Assembly: GCA_965212145.1 (NCBI GenBank)
Contig: CBDBUY010000002.1
Coordinates: 68,099-132,098 of the forward strand
DNA from: Cyclobacteriaceae bacterium
Lineage (GTDB): Bacteria > Bacteroidota > Bacteroidia > Cytophagales > Cyclobacteriaceae
Length of the DNA: 64,000 bases
Reading direction: 5' to 3'
Shown piece after piece: positions 51,418 to 61,243 of the stretch. Every line of letters starts with the position of its first letter. Within the stretch, counting starts at the first letter, position 1. The position numbers were made by a program, and so were the translations under genes. A model generated the notes under the pieces. The model did not search any database and had not been told where the DNA came from. It saw only the letters and a program-made list of their open reading frames with translations.

Positions 51418-52113
51418 ATGCTGGGAATCTTAATTGAGATCCTTCTCAATTGGTTGATACTTTGGGTTGTTTGCCGCGAACATCTGATCGTTCTAGGTCT
51501 CAGACCCAATCAATCCCGAATAGTCGCTTGGGTTGAAGGTCTCGGAATTGCGGGTGTGTTGTGCGCCGCATATGTTTTAAGTAGAACTTTTGGTGCCAAG
51601 GCTGGCTGGTCTATTAATCCCGACTATGATTTTCAAGATTTTCTGAGTGGCTCGTATTGGGTAGTAAAATCTGTCCTATTCGAGGAATTGATTTTCAGAG
51701 GAGCAACTTTATATGTTGCCATTAAAAAATTGGGTGTTAGCAAAGCCTGCATGCTTTCCGCCATAACCTTCGGGATTTACCATTGGTTCTCTTATGGATT
51801 GTGGGGCAATCCAGTGATGATGACTTACATTTTTATCCTTACTGGCCTGTGGGGACTGTTTTTAGCTTACTCGTTCGTGCGATCAAATTCCTTGTTTGTC
51901 CCCATTGCATGGCATCTTGGTTGGAATCTTGTAAATATTGTAGTGTTCTCCCAAGGGCCTATTGGCGAACAATTATTGATTTCATCTGATGGAAATCTCT
52001 TAACTAGTGGCTGGCAGATTGCATTCACGATTGCTCAGATTTTAATTATCCCAGGCGTGGGCTTTATTTACCTTCGGTTCAAGTATCCCCAGACATCCAG
52101 TCAATCAGCATAA
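51418..52113 (+). CDS. CPBP (CAAX) family intramembrane glutamic endopeptidase
   Basis: 231 aa; EELIFRG motif 1, FGIYH motif 2, HLGWN motif 3; multi-TM. Confidence 0.8.
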   Translation: MLGILIEILLNWLILWVVCREHLIVLGLRPNQSRIVAWVEGLGIAGVLCAAYVLSRTFGAKAGWSINPDYDFQDFLSGSYWVVKSVLFEELIFRGATLYVAIKKLGVSKACMLSAITFGIYHWFSYGLWGNPVMMTYIFILTGLWGLFLAYSFVRSNSLFVPIAWHLGWNLVNIVVFSQGPIGEQLLISSDGNLLTSGWQIAFTIAQILIIPGVGFIYLRFKYPQTSSQSA

Positions 52114-52116
52114 GGA

Positions 52117-53118
52117 CTACCCCTCAGCAATCTTCGCTTTGATTGCCTTTTCGAGCTCTTCCATTAGCTCGGGGTTATCTTCAATCAATTGCTTTACAGC
52201 ATCTCGTCCCTGACCCAACTTGTCGTCATTGTAGGAGAACCAAGAACCGGATTTTTGAATAATGTCCAGCTCAACGCCGATATCCAGAATTTCTCCGGAC
52301 TTGCTGATTCCCCTGCCGTACATGATGTCAAATTCCACTTGCTTGAACGGAGGCGCTACTTTGTTTTTCACCACCTTCACTCTCGTTCGGTTTCCAATAG
52401 CACTATTTTCGCCACTTTCTTTTATGGCTCCAATTCGTCGAATGTCCAGCCGAACTGAGGAGTAATATTTAAGGGCATTTCCTCCGGTGGTGGTTTCAGG
52501 ATTCCCGAACATCACTCCTATCTTTTCCCGAAGCTGATTAATGAAAATGCATGAGCAACCAGTCTTGGAGATCGTGCCGGTCAGTTTTCTCAGCGCTTGG
52601 GACATTAGTCTCGCTTGAAGTCCCATTTTACTGTCACCCATCTCTCCCTCTAGTTCACCTTTAGGTACCAAGGCAGCCACAGAGTCAATCACAATAATGT
52701 CCAGTGCACCAGATCGGATCAGGTGCTCAGCAATTTCCAATGCCTGCTCGCCATTATCAGGCTGTGAGATCAATAAGTTTTCTGTATCAATCCCGAGATT
52801 TTCAGCATACTGTTTATCAAAAGCATGCTCTGCATCAATGAAAGCTGCAAGTCCGCCGGCCTTTTGTGCCTCGGCTATACAATGCAGCGTTAGTGTGGTT
52901 TTACCTGAAGACTCGGGTCCATAAATCTCAATTACTCTTCCACGAGGAATACCTCCGACTCCAAGCGCCATGTCCAGGCTCAAAGAACCAGTGGAAATCG
53001 CCGGGATGTCTACCACTTTTTCATCACTGAGTTTCATCACGGTACCCTTACCGTACGTTTTTTCCAGTTTGTCAATGGTAAGCGCAAGGGCTTTCAGTTT
53101 TTCTGCATTTTCCGCCAT
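52117..53118 (-). CDS. recA: recombinase A
   Basis: 333 aa; [10 protein letters not shown] Walker [11 protein letters not shown], full-length RecA similarity. Confidence 0.97.
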   Translation of the reverse strand: MAENAEKLKALALTIDKLEKTYGKGTVMKLSDEKVVDIPAISTGSLSLDMALGVGGIPRGRVIEIYGPESSGKTTLTLHCIAEAQKAGGLAAFIDAEHAFDKQYAENLGIDTENLLISQPDNGEQALEIAEHLIRSGALDIIVIDSVAALVPKGELEGEMGDSKMGLQARLMSQALRKLTGTISKTGCSCIFINQLREKIGVMFGNPETTTGGNALKYYSSVRLDIRRIGAIKESGENSAIGNRTRVKVVKNKVAPPFKQVEFDIMYGRGISKSGEILDIGVELDIIQKSGSWFSYNDDKLGQGRDAVKQLIEDNPELMEELEKAIKAKIAEG

Positions 53119-53188
53119 GATGTTCTGTGATTTAGGATTTTTTTCGAGCCTTCAAAGCTGATTAAAAATTTAGAAATAACTTGGACTG

Positions 53189-54211
53189 GTGCACAAAAAA
53201 ATCCTCATAACTGTCACAGCTATTTTATTAGTGCTGTTCAGCTGGCAAAGGGAGCTTCTGATTTACGGAATAAAACAAGGTGCAGGACAGTGGAAAATCC
53301 TAAGGGAATCAGTTCCGGTTGAGGAAGTATTGAAAGATGTGAATTTCCCGGACTCGCTCAAGTCAAAAATTCGGTTGATTCAAAAAGTCAGGAGTTTTGC
53401 GGTCACAGATCTCGGGCTATCAGATAACGATAACTACACGCAGATTTACGATCAAAAAGGCAAGACCATCCTCTGGAACCTCTCGGCAAGCGAGCCATTT
53501 GCCTTAGAACCAAAAACCTGGTGGTTCCCAATTGTGGGAAGTGTACCCTACAAAGGGTTCTTTGATTTAGACCGAGCAAAAACGGAAGAGAAAGAATTGA
53601 TAGAAGACGGCTGGGATACGCGCATTCGAACGGTCTCTGGATGGTCAACGCTCGGATGGTTTAGGGACCCCATTCTTTCCAACATGCTGTCGCGATCGGA
53701 AGGGGGGCTGGCAGAATTAATTATCCATGAACTGGTTCATGCGACCATATTCGTGGAAAACGAAATCGAATTCAACGAGAATTTGGCGAGTTTCATTGGG
53801 ACAAAAGGCGCGGAAGAGTTTCTTAAAATGGAATTCGGTGATAGCTCTGAATATCTGGATGAGTATTTATTCAGCGAGAAGGACAGCAAGTGGTTCACCG
53901 CACATCTCCTACTGGGAGCCGACCATTTAGACTCCTTATATAGTTCATTCAAAGAAGGAATGACAATCGAAGAAAAAATGGCAATGAAGAATTCAGCCAT
54001 TAGAGAGATTATTGAAAAACTCGACACGATCGATTTTCACAGCGATAGATATTTGAACATTTTCGACGGGTCGATTCCTAATAATGCATACTTCATGTCC
54101 TTTATGAGGTACCATTCCTCGGAGGACTCTTTGCAAGCCATTTTAGTGCATGAGCATGCAGGAAATCTCAAGGAATTTATTTCGGCTCAGAAAAGTTTGC
54201 ACGGTAAGTAA
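53189..54211 (+). CDS. putative zinc aminopeptidase (DUF2265/'putative aminopeptidase' family)
   Basis: 340 aa; N-terminal TM/signal; HELVHAT HExxH zinc motif; GTG start. Confidence 0.65.
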   Translation: MHKKILITVTAILLVLFSWQRELLIYGIKQGAGQWKILRESVPVEEVLKDVNFPDSLKSKIRLIQKVRSFAVTDLGLSDNDNYTQIYDQKGKTILWNLSASEPFALEPKTWWFPIVGSVPYKGFFDLDRAKTEEKELIEDGWDTRIRTVSGWSTLGWFRDPILSNMLSRSEGGLAELIIHELVHATIFVENEIEFNENLASFIGTKGAEEFLKMEFGDSSEYLDEYLFSEKDSKWFTAHLLLGADHLDSLYSSFKEGMTIEEKMAMKNSAIREIIEKLDTIDFHSDRYLNIFDGSIPNNAYFMSFMRYHSSEDSLQAILVHEHAGNLKEFISAQKSLHGK

Positions 54212-54263
54212 GAAGCAGTATTAAGAAATCATTACCATTCACCGCTGGAATTGCTTTCTGGTT

Positions 54264-54271
54264 TAAATTTG
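54264..54271 (+). promoter_or_regulatory. -7 promoter box TAAATTTG for the two-component operon
   Basis: TAnnTTTG match 38 nt upstream of ATG 54309; followed by the 12-bp palindrome GAATCGCGATTC at 54281-54292. Confidence 0.35.
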
Positions 54272-54308
54272 AATAATATCGAATCGCGATTCATGAACCC
54301 TTTGCCGC

Positions 54309-54998
54309 ATGGCTGATAAAACTCAAAAAATCCTTGTTGTCGATGATGAGTCGGACATTCTGGAGCTTCTGAAATACAATCTTTCAAAAGAAGGATACAA
54401 AGTCAAGACCGCTTCAAACGGGATCAAGGCTGTTGAACTGGCAAAGGAATTTCTGCCAGATCTTATTCTCCTGGACATAATGATGCCCAAGCAAGATGGC
54501 GTGGAGACTTGTCGTCAATTGCGAGATACCCCTGAGCTGGCCTCTGCGTTTATTGTTTTCCTGACAGCAAGGTCTGAGGAGTATTCAGAAGTGGCTGCTT
54601 TTGATATGGGTGCCGATGACTACATCACCAAACCAATCAAACCACGGGCACTCATTAGTCGCATCAATGCAATGTTTCGACGAGAGTCGAAGAGCAATAA
54701 CGAATCTGAAAAAATCCAGGCAGGTAACCTTGTGGTTGATCGATCCAGTTATACTGTAAGTGTCGAGGGCAAGAAAATAGATCTACCAAAGAAAGAGTTC
54801 GAACTGCTTTACTTCCTGGTCAAAAATCCTGGCAAAGTGTATGGCAGAGATGAAATTCTGAATAAGATTTGGGGTTCGGACGTGTACGTCATGGCAAGAA
54901 CGGTGGATGTTCACATTCGGAAGGTGAGAGAGAAGATCGGAGAGGGTTTTATCCAAACTGTCAAAGGAGTCGGCTATAAATTCGGCATGGAGGGATGA
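54309..54998 (+). CDS. OmpR/PhoB-family response regulator
   Basis: 229 aa; receiver (VVDDE, LLDIMMP, KP) + winged-helix (TVDVHIRKVREKI, VKGVGYKF). Confidence 0.9.
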   Translation: MADKTQKILVVDDESDILELLKYNLSKEGYKVKTASNGIKAVELAKEFLPDLILLDIMMPKQDGVETCRQLRDTPELASAFIVFLTARSEEYSEVAAFDMGADDYITKPIKPRALISRINAMFRRESKSNNESEKIQAGNLVVDRSSYTVSVEGKKIDLPKKEFELLYFLVKNPGKVYGRDEILNKIWGSDVYVMARTVDVHIRKVREKIGEGFIQTVKGVGYKFGMEG

Positions 54999-56050
54999 TC
55001 AGTTCCCGTTCCATCTCCCTGATTACAGGGATTCTCATTGCATCAATTACTACGGCGTTTCTTTGGATGGTGCCATCCATCGATCAAACGGGCTTGATCA
55101 TAGCATGGCTACTTGCTTTTTCTTCCAGCTACATTCTCATCCGAATTTTGCTAGACATGCTGTTTTTCCGACATATGAATACGATTAATGAGATGCTGGA
55201 AAAAATACAAGAGAAAGATTTTTCGCTCGTGCCTCGAAAAACATTCAACCCGCTGAATAGAATCAAGAATGAACTGGGCTCATATGTTGCGAACAAAGAG
55301 GAAGAGATTGAAAGGCTGAAGAAACTAGAAACCTTCAGGAGAGAATTTCTTGCGGATATTTCTCACGAACTAAAAACTCCACTTTTTGCGGCGCAGGGTT
55401 TTGTTCACACCTTATTAGATGGGGCCATCAAGGATAAGACGGTACGGGACAAGTTCCTTAAAAAAGCAGCCAGAAGTTTGGATGGCCTGGACATCCTGGT
55501 GCAAGACCTGCTGACTATCTCTCAAATAGAAAGTGGTCAGATCACCATGCACTTCGAAAGTTTCGATATCATTTCTGTGGCTCTTCAGGTAATAGATCAG
55601 ATGGAAGGGAAGGCGGAGAAAAAGAAACTGACAATCACATTGAAGAACCCTGAGGATCAGGAAGTATTTGTGCACGCTGATCTACAACGAATTCGACAGG
55701 TTTTGACCAACCTAGTATCTAACGCCATTAAGTACTCCAAAAAGAACAAGGAGATTGTCATCAGTTTCAAGGAAACGAAATCCAATGTTATTTGTAAGGT
55801 GAAAGACGAAGGATATGGCATTCCTCCAGAAGACCTGGCGCGAATCTTCGAAAGATTCTACCGCGTGGACAAGAGCCGCTCAAAGGAGAGAGGTGGGACG
55901 GGTCTTGGACTCGCCATCGTCAAGCACATCATGGAGGGTCATGGATCTCAGGTGAACGTCAAAAGTCAGGTGAACAAAGGATCCACTTTTAGTTTCGAGC
56001 TCATCAAGGGCAGTCCAGTACCTTTGCCGATGGATGACGATGACGACTAA
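54995..56050 (+). CDS. sensor histidine kinase (2 TM, minimal periplasmic loop, HisKA + HATPase_c)
   Basis: 351 aa; H-box SHELKTPL, N-box LTNLVSNAIKY, G-boxes DEGYGI / GGTGLGLAIVK; poly-Asp C-terminus. Confidence 0.9.
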   Translation: MISSRSISLITGILIASITTAFLWMVPSIDQTGLIIAWLLAFSSSYILIRILLDMLFFRHMNTINEMLEKIQEKDFSLVPRKTFNPLNRIKNELGSYVANKEEEIERLKKLETFRREFLADISHELKTPLFAAQGFVHTLLDGAIKDKTVRDKFLKKAARSLDGLDILVQDLLTISQIESGQITMHFESFDIISVALQVIDQMEGKAEKKKLTITLKNPEDQEVFVHADLQRIRQVLTNLVSNAIKYSKKNKEIVISFKETKSNVICKVKDEGYGIPPEDLARIFERFYRVDKSRSKERGGTGLGLAIVKHIMEGHGSQVNVKSQVNKGSTFSFELIKGSPVPLPMDDDDD

Positions 56051-56765
56051 AAACACCCTAAAGATTTCCTGGGAGGACCTGTTGATACAGGAGGACGAGA
56101 ATTATGCTTTCATAAATAAACCGGCAGGTCTTTCGACACTAGACGATCGATCTAGCAAAATGTCGGTTTTGAGCTTGGCAAAAGGACAAGACAAGAGTTT
56201 TACGCCTTGTCATAGGTTAGATAAGGAGACTTCCGGTGTGCTTTCAGTTGCCAAGAACGAGGAGGCCTATAAATATTTTGCGCAAAGACTCGAAGCACGC
56301 GAAGTGAAGAAAGTTTATCATGCCGTCGTTAATGGCATTCATGATTTTCAAAACGTAGAAGCAGATGAGCCGCTTTATTCATCCAGCAGCAAGTCCAGAG
56401 TTGATTTTAATGGCAAACCCTCCCTCACTTTGATCCAGACGCTCAAGATTTACAAAAAGCACACCTTAGTTAAATGTTTCCCTTTTACCGGAAGGATGCA
56501 TCAAATCAGGGTACATCTTGCGTATCACCAAGCTCCGATTGTGAGCGACTCTTTCTACGGCGGAGCTCCCGCATACTTGTCTGAATTGAAGAGAAATTTC
56601 AATCAAAAGAAATATGAAGATGAAAATCCGATGATTCGACGGTTGGCACTTCATGCCTTTTCTTTGTCATTTCTCGACCCAAAAACTGACAAAACCACAA
56701 CAATTGAGGCCCCCTACCCCAAGGATTTCGCTGTTTTAGTGAAACAACTAGGAAAATTCACTTAG
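56034..56765 (+). CDS. RluA-family pseudouridine synthase
   Basis: 243 aa; catalytic HRLDKETSGVL motif, GRMHQIRVH. Confidence 0.85.
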   Translation: MTMTTKNTLKISWEDLLIQEDENYAFINKPAGLSTLDDRSSKMSVLSLAKGQDKSFTPCHRLDKETSGVLSVAKNEEAYKYFAQRLEAREVKKVYHAVVNGIHDFQNVEADEPLYSSSSKSRVDFNGKPSLTLIQTLKIYKKHTLVKCFPFTGRMHQIRVHLAYHQAPIVSDSFYGGAPAYLSELKRNFNQKKYEDENPMIRRLALHAFSLSFLDPKTDKTTTIEAPYPKDFAVLVKQLGKFT

Positions 56766-56803
56766 TAAACGGGCCGTGTATTGGTTTTACAAATAAATAC
56801 TTC

Positions 56804-56811
56804 TATTTTTG
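56804..56811 (+). promoter_or_regulatory. -7 promoter box TATTTTTG for rplM-rpsI-rpsB-tsf
   Basis: TAnnTTTG match 52 nt upstream of the rplM start. Confidence 0.4.
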
Positions 56812-56862
56812 TGTCCCTTTTTGAGGAGGGTCTTCAAATCAGGGCATTAAACAGTTAGGAAA

Positions 56863-57309
56863 TTGGATACTTTAAGTTACAAAACGGCATCACTTAACAA
56901 GGCTACAGTCGATAAAGGCTGGGTTGTGGTAGATGCTGATTCTAAGGTACTTGGGAGATTGGCGAGCGATGTGGCTAAGATCATCCGCGGAAAGCACAAG
57001 CCTGGGTACACACCACACGTAGATTGTGGTGACAATGTGATCGTCATTAACGCTGATAAAGTGAGATTGACAGGTCAAAAATGGACTGACAAAGTTTATG
57101 TCCGTCACACAGGTTACCCTGGTGGACAAAGACACGAAACTCCAAAGGAAGTTATGGACAAAAAGTCTTCGACCATATTGGTCGAGAAGGCCGTCAGAGG
57201 CATGCTTCCTAAAACCAGACTTGGAAGAGAATTATTTAAGAGTCTTCATGTATACGAAGGTGCTGAGCACCCGCACGAAGCTCAGAAACCGAAAGAAATA
57301 AAATTTTAA
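56863..57309 (+). CDS. rplM: 50S ribosomal protein L13
   Basis: 148 aa; DTLSYKT..KGWVVVDA..LGRLAS..IRGKHKP. TTG is the only start after an in-frame TAA at 56848. Confidence 0.95.
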   Translation: MDTLSYKTASLNKATVDKGWVVVDADSKVLGRLASDVAKIIRGKHKPGYTPHVDCGDNVIVINADKVRLTGQKWTDKVYVRHTGYPGGQRHETPKEVMDKKSSTILVEKAVRGMLPKTRLGRELFKSLHVYEGAEHPHEAQKPKEIKF

Positions 57310-57316
57310 AAACTGA

Positions 57317-57703
57317 ATGGAGACAATCAGTACTATAGGTAGAAGAAAAACCTCTGTTGCTAGAATCAACATGATCGCTGGCAAAGGAAAAATAGAGGTT
57401 AACAATCGCGAACTAGCGAACTACTTCCCATCAGAAATCCTTCAAACAATCGTGAAGCAGCCACTTGTAAAAGTGGAGCAAGACGGAAAATTTGACGTTA
57501 AAGTCAATGTTTTCGGTGGTGGACTAACCGGGCAAGCGGAAGCTGTTCGATTGGCTATCTCCAGAGCATTGGTGGAAGTTGATGCTGAGCACAAGCCGGC
57601 ATTGAAGTCAGAAGGTTTCATGACGAGAGATCCAAGAATGGTGGAAAGAAAGAAACCAGGTCGAAGAAAAGCGAGAAGAAGATTCCAATTCAGTAAACGA
57701 TAA
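57317..57703 (+). CDS. rpsI: 30S ribosomal protein S9
   Basis: 128 aa; GRRKTSVAR.., [11 protein letters not shown]-terminal [11 protein letters not shown]. Confidence 0.96.
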   Translation: METISTIGRRKTSVARINMIAGKGKIEVNNRELANYFPSEILQTIVKQPLVKVEQDGKFDVKVNVFGGGLTGQAEAVRLAISRALVEVDAEHKPALKSEGFMTRDPRMVERKKPGRRKARRRFQFSKR

Positions 57704-57707
57704 TTTG

Positions 57708-58463
57708 ATGAGCAAACTAGAGCACAAAGATTTATTGGACGCAGGTGTGCACTTTGGACACCTTACCAGAAAATGGAATCCTCAGATGGCGCCATACATC
57801 TTCATGGAGAAGAATGGCATCCACATTATCGATCTTTATAAGACACTTAAGTCTCTTGATGATGCTTCTGCAGCCATGAAGGCTATCGTTCGATCAGGAC
57901 GAAAGATCATGTTCGTTGCGACTAAAAAGCAAGCAAAAGAGATCGTAGAGGGGGAAGCTAAGAAGTTGAACATGCCTTTCGTGACTGAAAGATGGTTAGG
58001 CGGTATGTTGACCAACTTTGCTACCATCAGAAAGTCATTGAAGAAAATGTCTTCCATCGATAAGTTGATGAAAGATGAGGCTTTCAATAACCTGGCAAAG
58101 AGAGAAAGATTGATGATCACACGTGAGCGAGCGAAGCTGGAGAGAATTCTAGGAGGGATCACTGATCTGAATAGACTTCCTGCGGCATTGTTTGTGGTAG
58201 ACGTGAAGAGAGAGCACATCGCTGTTTCTGAAGCTCAGAAATTGAATATCCCTGTTTTCGCAATGGTGGATACAAATTCTGACCCGAATCAAGCTGATTA
58301 TGCGATTCCTGCCAATGATGACTCTTTCAAATCAATCGATTTGATCGTGAAGTACATGTCTTCTGTCATTGAAGAAGGTTTATCTGAGCGAAAGTCTGAC
58401 AAGGAAGAGCAGTCTCGCAAGGAGGAAGAAGCAAAGAAAAAGGAAGAAGCACCAGCTGAATAA
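57708..58463 (+). CDS. rpsB: 30S ribosomal protein S2
   Basis: [28 protein letters not shown]; ATG 57708 preferred over TTG 57705; K/E-rich tail. Confidence 0.96.
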   Translation: MSKLEHKDLLDAGVHFGHLTRKWNPQMAPYIFMEKNGIHIIDLYKTLKSLDDASAAMKAIVRSGRKIMFVATKKQAKEIVEGEAKKLNMPFVTERWLGGMLTNFATIRKSLKKMSSIDKLMKDEAFNNLAKRERLMITRERAKLERILGGITDLNRLPAALFVVDVKREHIAVSEAQKLNIPVFAMVDTNSDPNQADYAIPANDDSFKSIDLIVKYMSSVIEEGLSERKSDKEEQSRKEEEAKKKEEAPAE

Positions 58464-58490
58464 GCAAAAGTTTTTAACCAAGATTTTTTG

Positions 58491-58527
58491 AAAATTGATC
58501 ATACCGCCGTGTGATCAATTTTTGTTT
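58491..58527 (+). terminator. rpsB-tsf intergenic hairpin (attenuator/partial terminator)
   Basis: Perfect 11-bp stem AAAATTGATCA / TGATCAATTTT, 10-nt loop TACCGCCGTG, followed by TGTTTG. Confidence 0.55.
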
Positions 58528-58548
58528 GAACTTAATAACATAAGAATA

Positions 58549-59379
58549 ATGGCAATCACAGCACAAGATGTAAACAAACTGCGCCAAATGACTGGTGCAG
58601 GAATGATGGACTGCAAAAAAGCACTTACTGAGGCCGATGGCGATTTTGACAAGGCCGTTGAGTTGCTAAGAAAGAAAGGACAAAAAGTGTCTGCTTCCCG
58701 AGCAGATCGTGAAACTTCCGAAGGAGTCGTTTTCACAAAAACCAACAGTGATAACACCGAAGGTATCTTGGTGGCTTTCACATGTGAAACTGATTTCGTA
58801 GCGAAGAACGAGGAGTTCGTAGCTCTTGGTGAGTCGATTACTGACATTGCTTTCGACAAAAAGCCGTCAAGCGTTGATGAATTGAAAGGAATGGAGCTTG
58901 GTGGGTTGACCATCGCTGAGAAGATCATTGAGATGACTGGTAAAATTGGCGAGAAGTTGGAGATCACTGCAATGGAGATCGTTTCAGGAGAGGCTGTTGT
59001 TCCATACACACACTCCAACAAGAAATTGGGCGTATTGGTGACTTTGGCTAACGTAAATGGCACTGACGTCATTGAAGCTGGGAAAGACGTGGCGATGCAA
59101 ATTGCCGCTATGAATCCTGTGGCAGTTGACAAAGACGGTGTTGATCCTTCAGTTGTAGAGAAAGAAATCGAAATTGGAAAAGATCAAGCCAGACAAGAAG
59201 GAAAGCCTGAGAATATCATCGAGAAAATCGCAATGGGTAAGTTGAACAAGTTCTTCTCTGAGAACACGCTGTTAAGCCAGAAATTTGTGAAAGACAATTC
59301 TGTCTCAATTTCACAATATTTGGATGGTGTGAGCAAAGGATTGACTGTCTCTGATTTCAAGAGAGTTGCGATCAACTAA
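58549..59379 (+). CDS. tsf: elongation factor Ts
   Basis: MAITAQDVNKLRQMTGAGMMDCKKAL (UBA-like N-terminus); 276 aa from ATG 58549 (ORF track start 58495 rejected). Confidence 0.95.
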   Translation: MAITAQDVNKLRQMTGAGMMDCKKALTEADGDFDKAVELLRKKGQKVSASRADRETSEGVVFTKTNSDNTEGILVAFTCETDFVAKNEEFVALGESITDIAFDKKPSSVDELKGMELGGLTIAEKIIEMTGKIGEKLEITAMEIVSGEAVVPYTHSNKKLGVLVTLANVNGTDVIEAGKDVAMQIAAMNPVAVDKDGVDPSVVEKEIEIGKDQARQEGKPENIIEKIAMGKLNKFFSENTLLSQKFVKDNSVSISQYLDGVSKGLTVSDFKRVAIN

Positions 59380-59400
59380 TTACGAAATATCATAAAAATC

Positions 59401-59437
59401 AAAAAAGCCTGATCATCGATCAGGCTTTTCTGTTTTT
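59401..59437. terminator. bidirectional intrinsic terminator between tsf and glsB-like gene
   Basis: AAAAAAGCCTGATC-ATC-GATCAGGCTTTT followed by CTGTTTTT; A-run on the 5' side serves the minus strand. Confidence 0.8.
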
Positions 59438-59449
59438 CAGCGATTGCTG

Positions 59450-60388
59450 TCAATAGTTAATATGTCTATCCTTGATTTCCTGATGAATATCGGCGATCGT
59501 GACCAACAGGCCGGTTTCTTCTACACTGCCAAATTCAGGATTTATGGACGTTCCCAGGGTCTTCATGGTGGAGGAAAGGTTCATGTAAATGTTGATCAGC
59601 GGCGGTATCCATTCGCCTCTTTCCTTAAGCAGTTTATTAAGCAACTTGAATCCATCTTGATAAGGCGTATAATCACCGAAATGCTCCTTGAAAAGTTTGT
59701 TGTCAAAACCAATTTGAAGTTCCGCCTTGGGTTGGCATAAGCCCGTATCGTCAGGGAAGTAGTGCTCCAAAAAGGCTAGCAAAATATCTCTCGCTTCCTT
59801 GTTGTAGTTGGTGTACATAGTCACCTTTCCAAAGAAATACCTTACCTCAGGATACTGTACAACAAGACACCCCAAACCATCCCAAATATTCATCAAAGCA
59901 AAAACGCCTTTCCGTGGATTGTTTGCCGGTTGGAATTTGGGCTGTACCCATGACCTGCCAAGCTCAATTGAATAAGGCAGGTAATCAATTTTCATTTTCT
60001 CTGAGAAATCGAAATAATGGGCTGTGGAAAGCGAGAAACTCTGATCTTCTTCGGAATAGGCCTTTTCCCCAGTTATGAACCGATATCCTCCGATAATTTC
60101 TCTCTCCTCCTCATCATAAACCACAAGCTGATCATAGCACCGATCACTCGTATCATAGTCATCAATGTCCAACTCAAGCCCCGTACCTCCTCCAGCCTGC
60201 CTGAAGGAGACCTCTCTCAAACGGCCTATTTCACGCATCACATTAGGAGAATTATGATGGTTAATGATGTAAATCTTATTGCCGCCCTTGTTCGTGTTTT
60301 TGACAAAGCGATCCTCAGAAAGCTCTCCTTCCAGAACATCGCGATCTACAGGTGGGATGATATCATTCAAATCTTTATTGTCTATCAT
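59450..60388 (-). CDS. glsB: GNAT-fold N-acyltransferase (OlsB / hemolysin-like; glycine- or ornithine-lipid N-acyltransferase)
   Basis: 312 aa; REIGRLREVSFRQAGGGTG.. and LGRSWVQPKFQ segments resemble the OlsB/GlsB (Acetyltransf_5) family; 4-nt overlap with the upstream O-acyltransferase gene. Confidence 0.6.
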   Translation of the reverse strand: MIDNKDLNDIIPPVDRDVLEGELSEDRFVKNTNKGGNKIYIINHHNSPNVMREIGRLREVSFRQAGGGTGLELDIDDYDTSDRCYDQLVVYDEEEREIIGGYRFITGEKAYSEEDQSFSLSTAHYFDFSEKMKIDYLPYSIELGRSWVQPKFQPANNPRKGVFALMNIWDGLGCLVVQYPEVRYFFGKVTMYTNYNKEARDILLAFLEHYFPDDTGLCQPKAELQIGFDNKLFKEHFGDYTPYQDGFKLLNKLLKERGEWIPPLINIYMNLSSTMKTLGTSINPEFGSVEETGLLVTIADIHQEIKDRHINY

Positions 60389-61212
60389 TGCTTAGCTGAT
60401 CTGTCTCCCAATTTATACACTTCTTCCTTAACCCATTGAGCCCATTCTTTATCTTGTTTAGATCTGTCGAATGTTGAGACTGGGATGGGTTCACCAACAA
60501 TAATATCCATTTTCATGTTCTTTTGTCTGAAGAGCTCATCGACAAGGAAAAACATTTCGAAGTTGATCTTTATTCCAAGCCACTTTCTGAAATTGGCCAG
60601 TCTATAAAATCGATTGGTAAGTCTGCCCTCGATATAGACGGGGACCACTTGTTTTTGATATTTTCTGGCTTTTGAGATGAATGTCTTTTGCCACTCCAAG
60701 TCCTTAATTTCTCCGTTGATTTTTCGACTGACAAGGCCCGCTGGAAACAAGAATGTTGCGGTATCTGAGGCGAATTGCTCCTCCACGCGTTTCAAAGACT
60801 CTTTGGCGTTTTTACCGACTTTATTAACGCCGACAAACTGATCGCTCAGGTTTCTGACGTTCATCAATAAATCATTGACGATAAATTTTATATCCCTCCG
60901 GACATCCTTGAATCCATCGATTACAGCGATGGCGTCCATGCCGCCAAGGGGATGATTAGCTACAAAAATGCAATTCTCTGGAGGTGCTGGGATATTCCCT
61001 TTGCCAACTATTCCGATCTGGAAATTGAAGTAATCAATTGTGCCTGCACAGAACTCATAGACATCTGAATTCTTATGCTGGTGGAAAAACTCATTGACCT
61101 CATCCTGGTGGATAATTCGCTGGATGTATCGTACGACAAATCCAGGGATCCACCCGGCGAGCTTCTTGTTCTTGCTTTCAATGAGCTTTTTAACATCAAC
61201 GAATTTCTCCAT
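60385..61212 (-). CDS. glsA: lysolipid O-acyltransferase (PlsC superfamily; GlsA/OlsA-like)
   Basis: 275 aa; VANHPLGGMDA acyltransferase box, FPAGLVSR; paired with the N-acyltransferase. Confidence 0.6.
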   Translation of the reverse strand: MEKFVDVKKLIESKNKKLAGWIPGFVVRYIQRIIHQDEVNEFFHQHKNSDVYEFCAGTIDYFNFQIGIVGKGNIPAPPENCIFVANHPLGGMDAIAVIDGFKDVRRDIKFIVNDLLMNVRNLSDQFVGVNKVGKNAKESLKRVEEQFASDTATFLFPAGLVSRKINGEIKDLEWQKTFISKARKYQKQVVPVYIEGRLTNRFYRLANFRKWLGIKINFEMFFLVDELFRQKNMKMDIIVGEPIPVSTFDRSKQDKEWAQWVKEEVYKLGDRSAKQ

Positions 61213-61243
61213 ATTTGGATGAGAGTTAATTTCTAATTCGATT

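Noticed and set aside
38796-54280. Shared 11-mer TTGAATAATAT between the gltB palindrome (38796-38806) and the two-component promoter region (54269-54279).
   Set aside because: It is too short and AT-rich to distinguish from chance. The second site is not palindromic.
54309-56050. Naming the two-component pair PhoB/PhoR.
   Set aside because: The response regulator is generic OmpR/PhoB family. The kinase lacks a PAS domain, and no pst/phoU genes or Pho-box-like repeats are nearby. Only the family-level call is supported.
58515-59132. 205-aa minus-strand ORF antisense to tsf, and many 60-150-aa antisense or alternate-frame ORFs inside the giant gene, gltB, ettA, leu/ilv genes, etc.
   Set aside because: They lie entirely inside strongly supported genes on the other strand or frame, have low-complexity or Ser/Pro/Thr-rich translations, and have no recognisable motifs. 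They are typical shadow ORFs.
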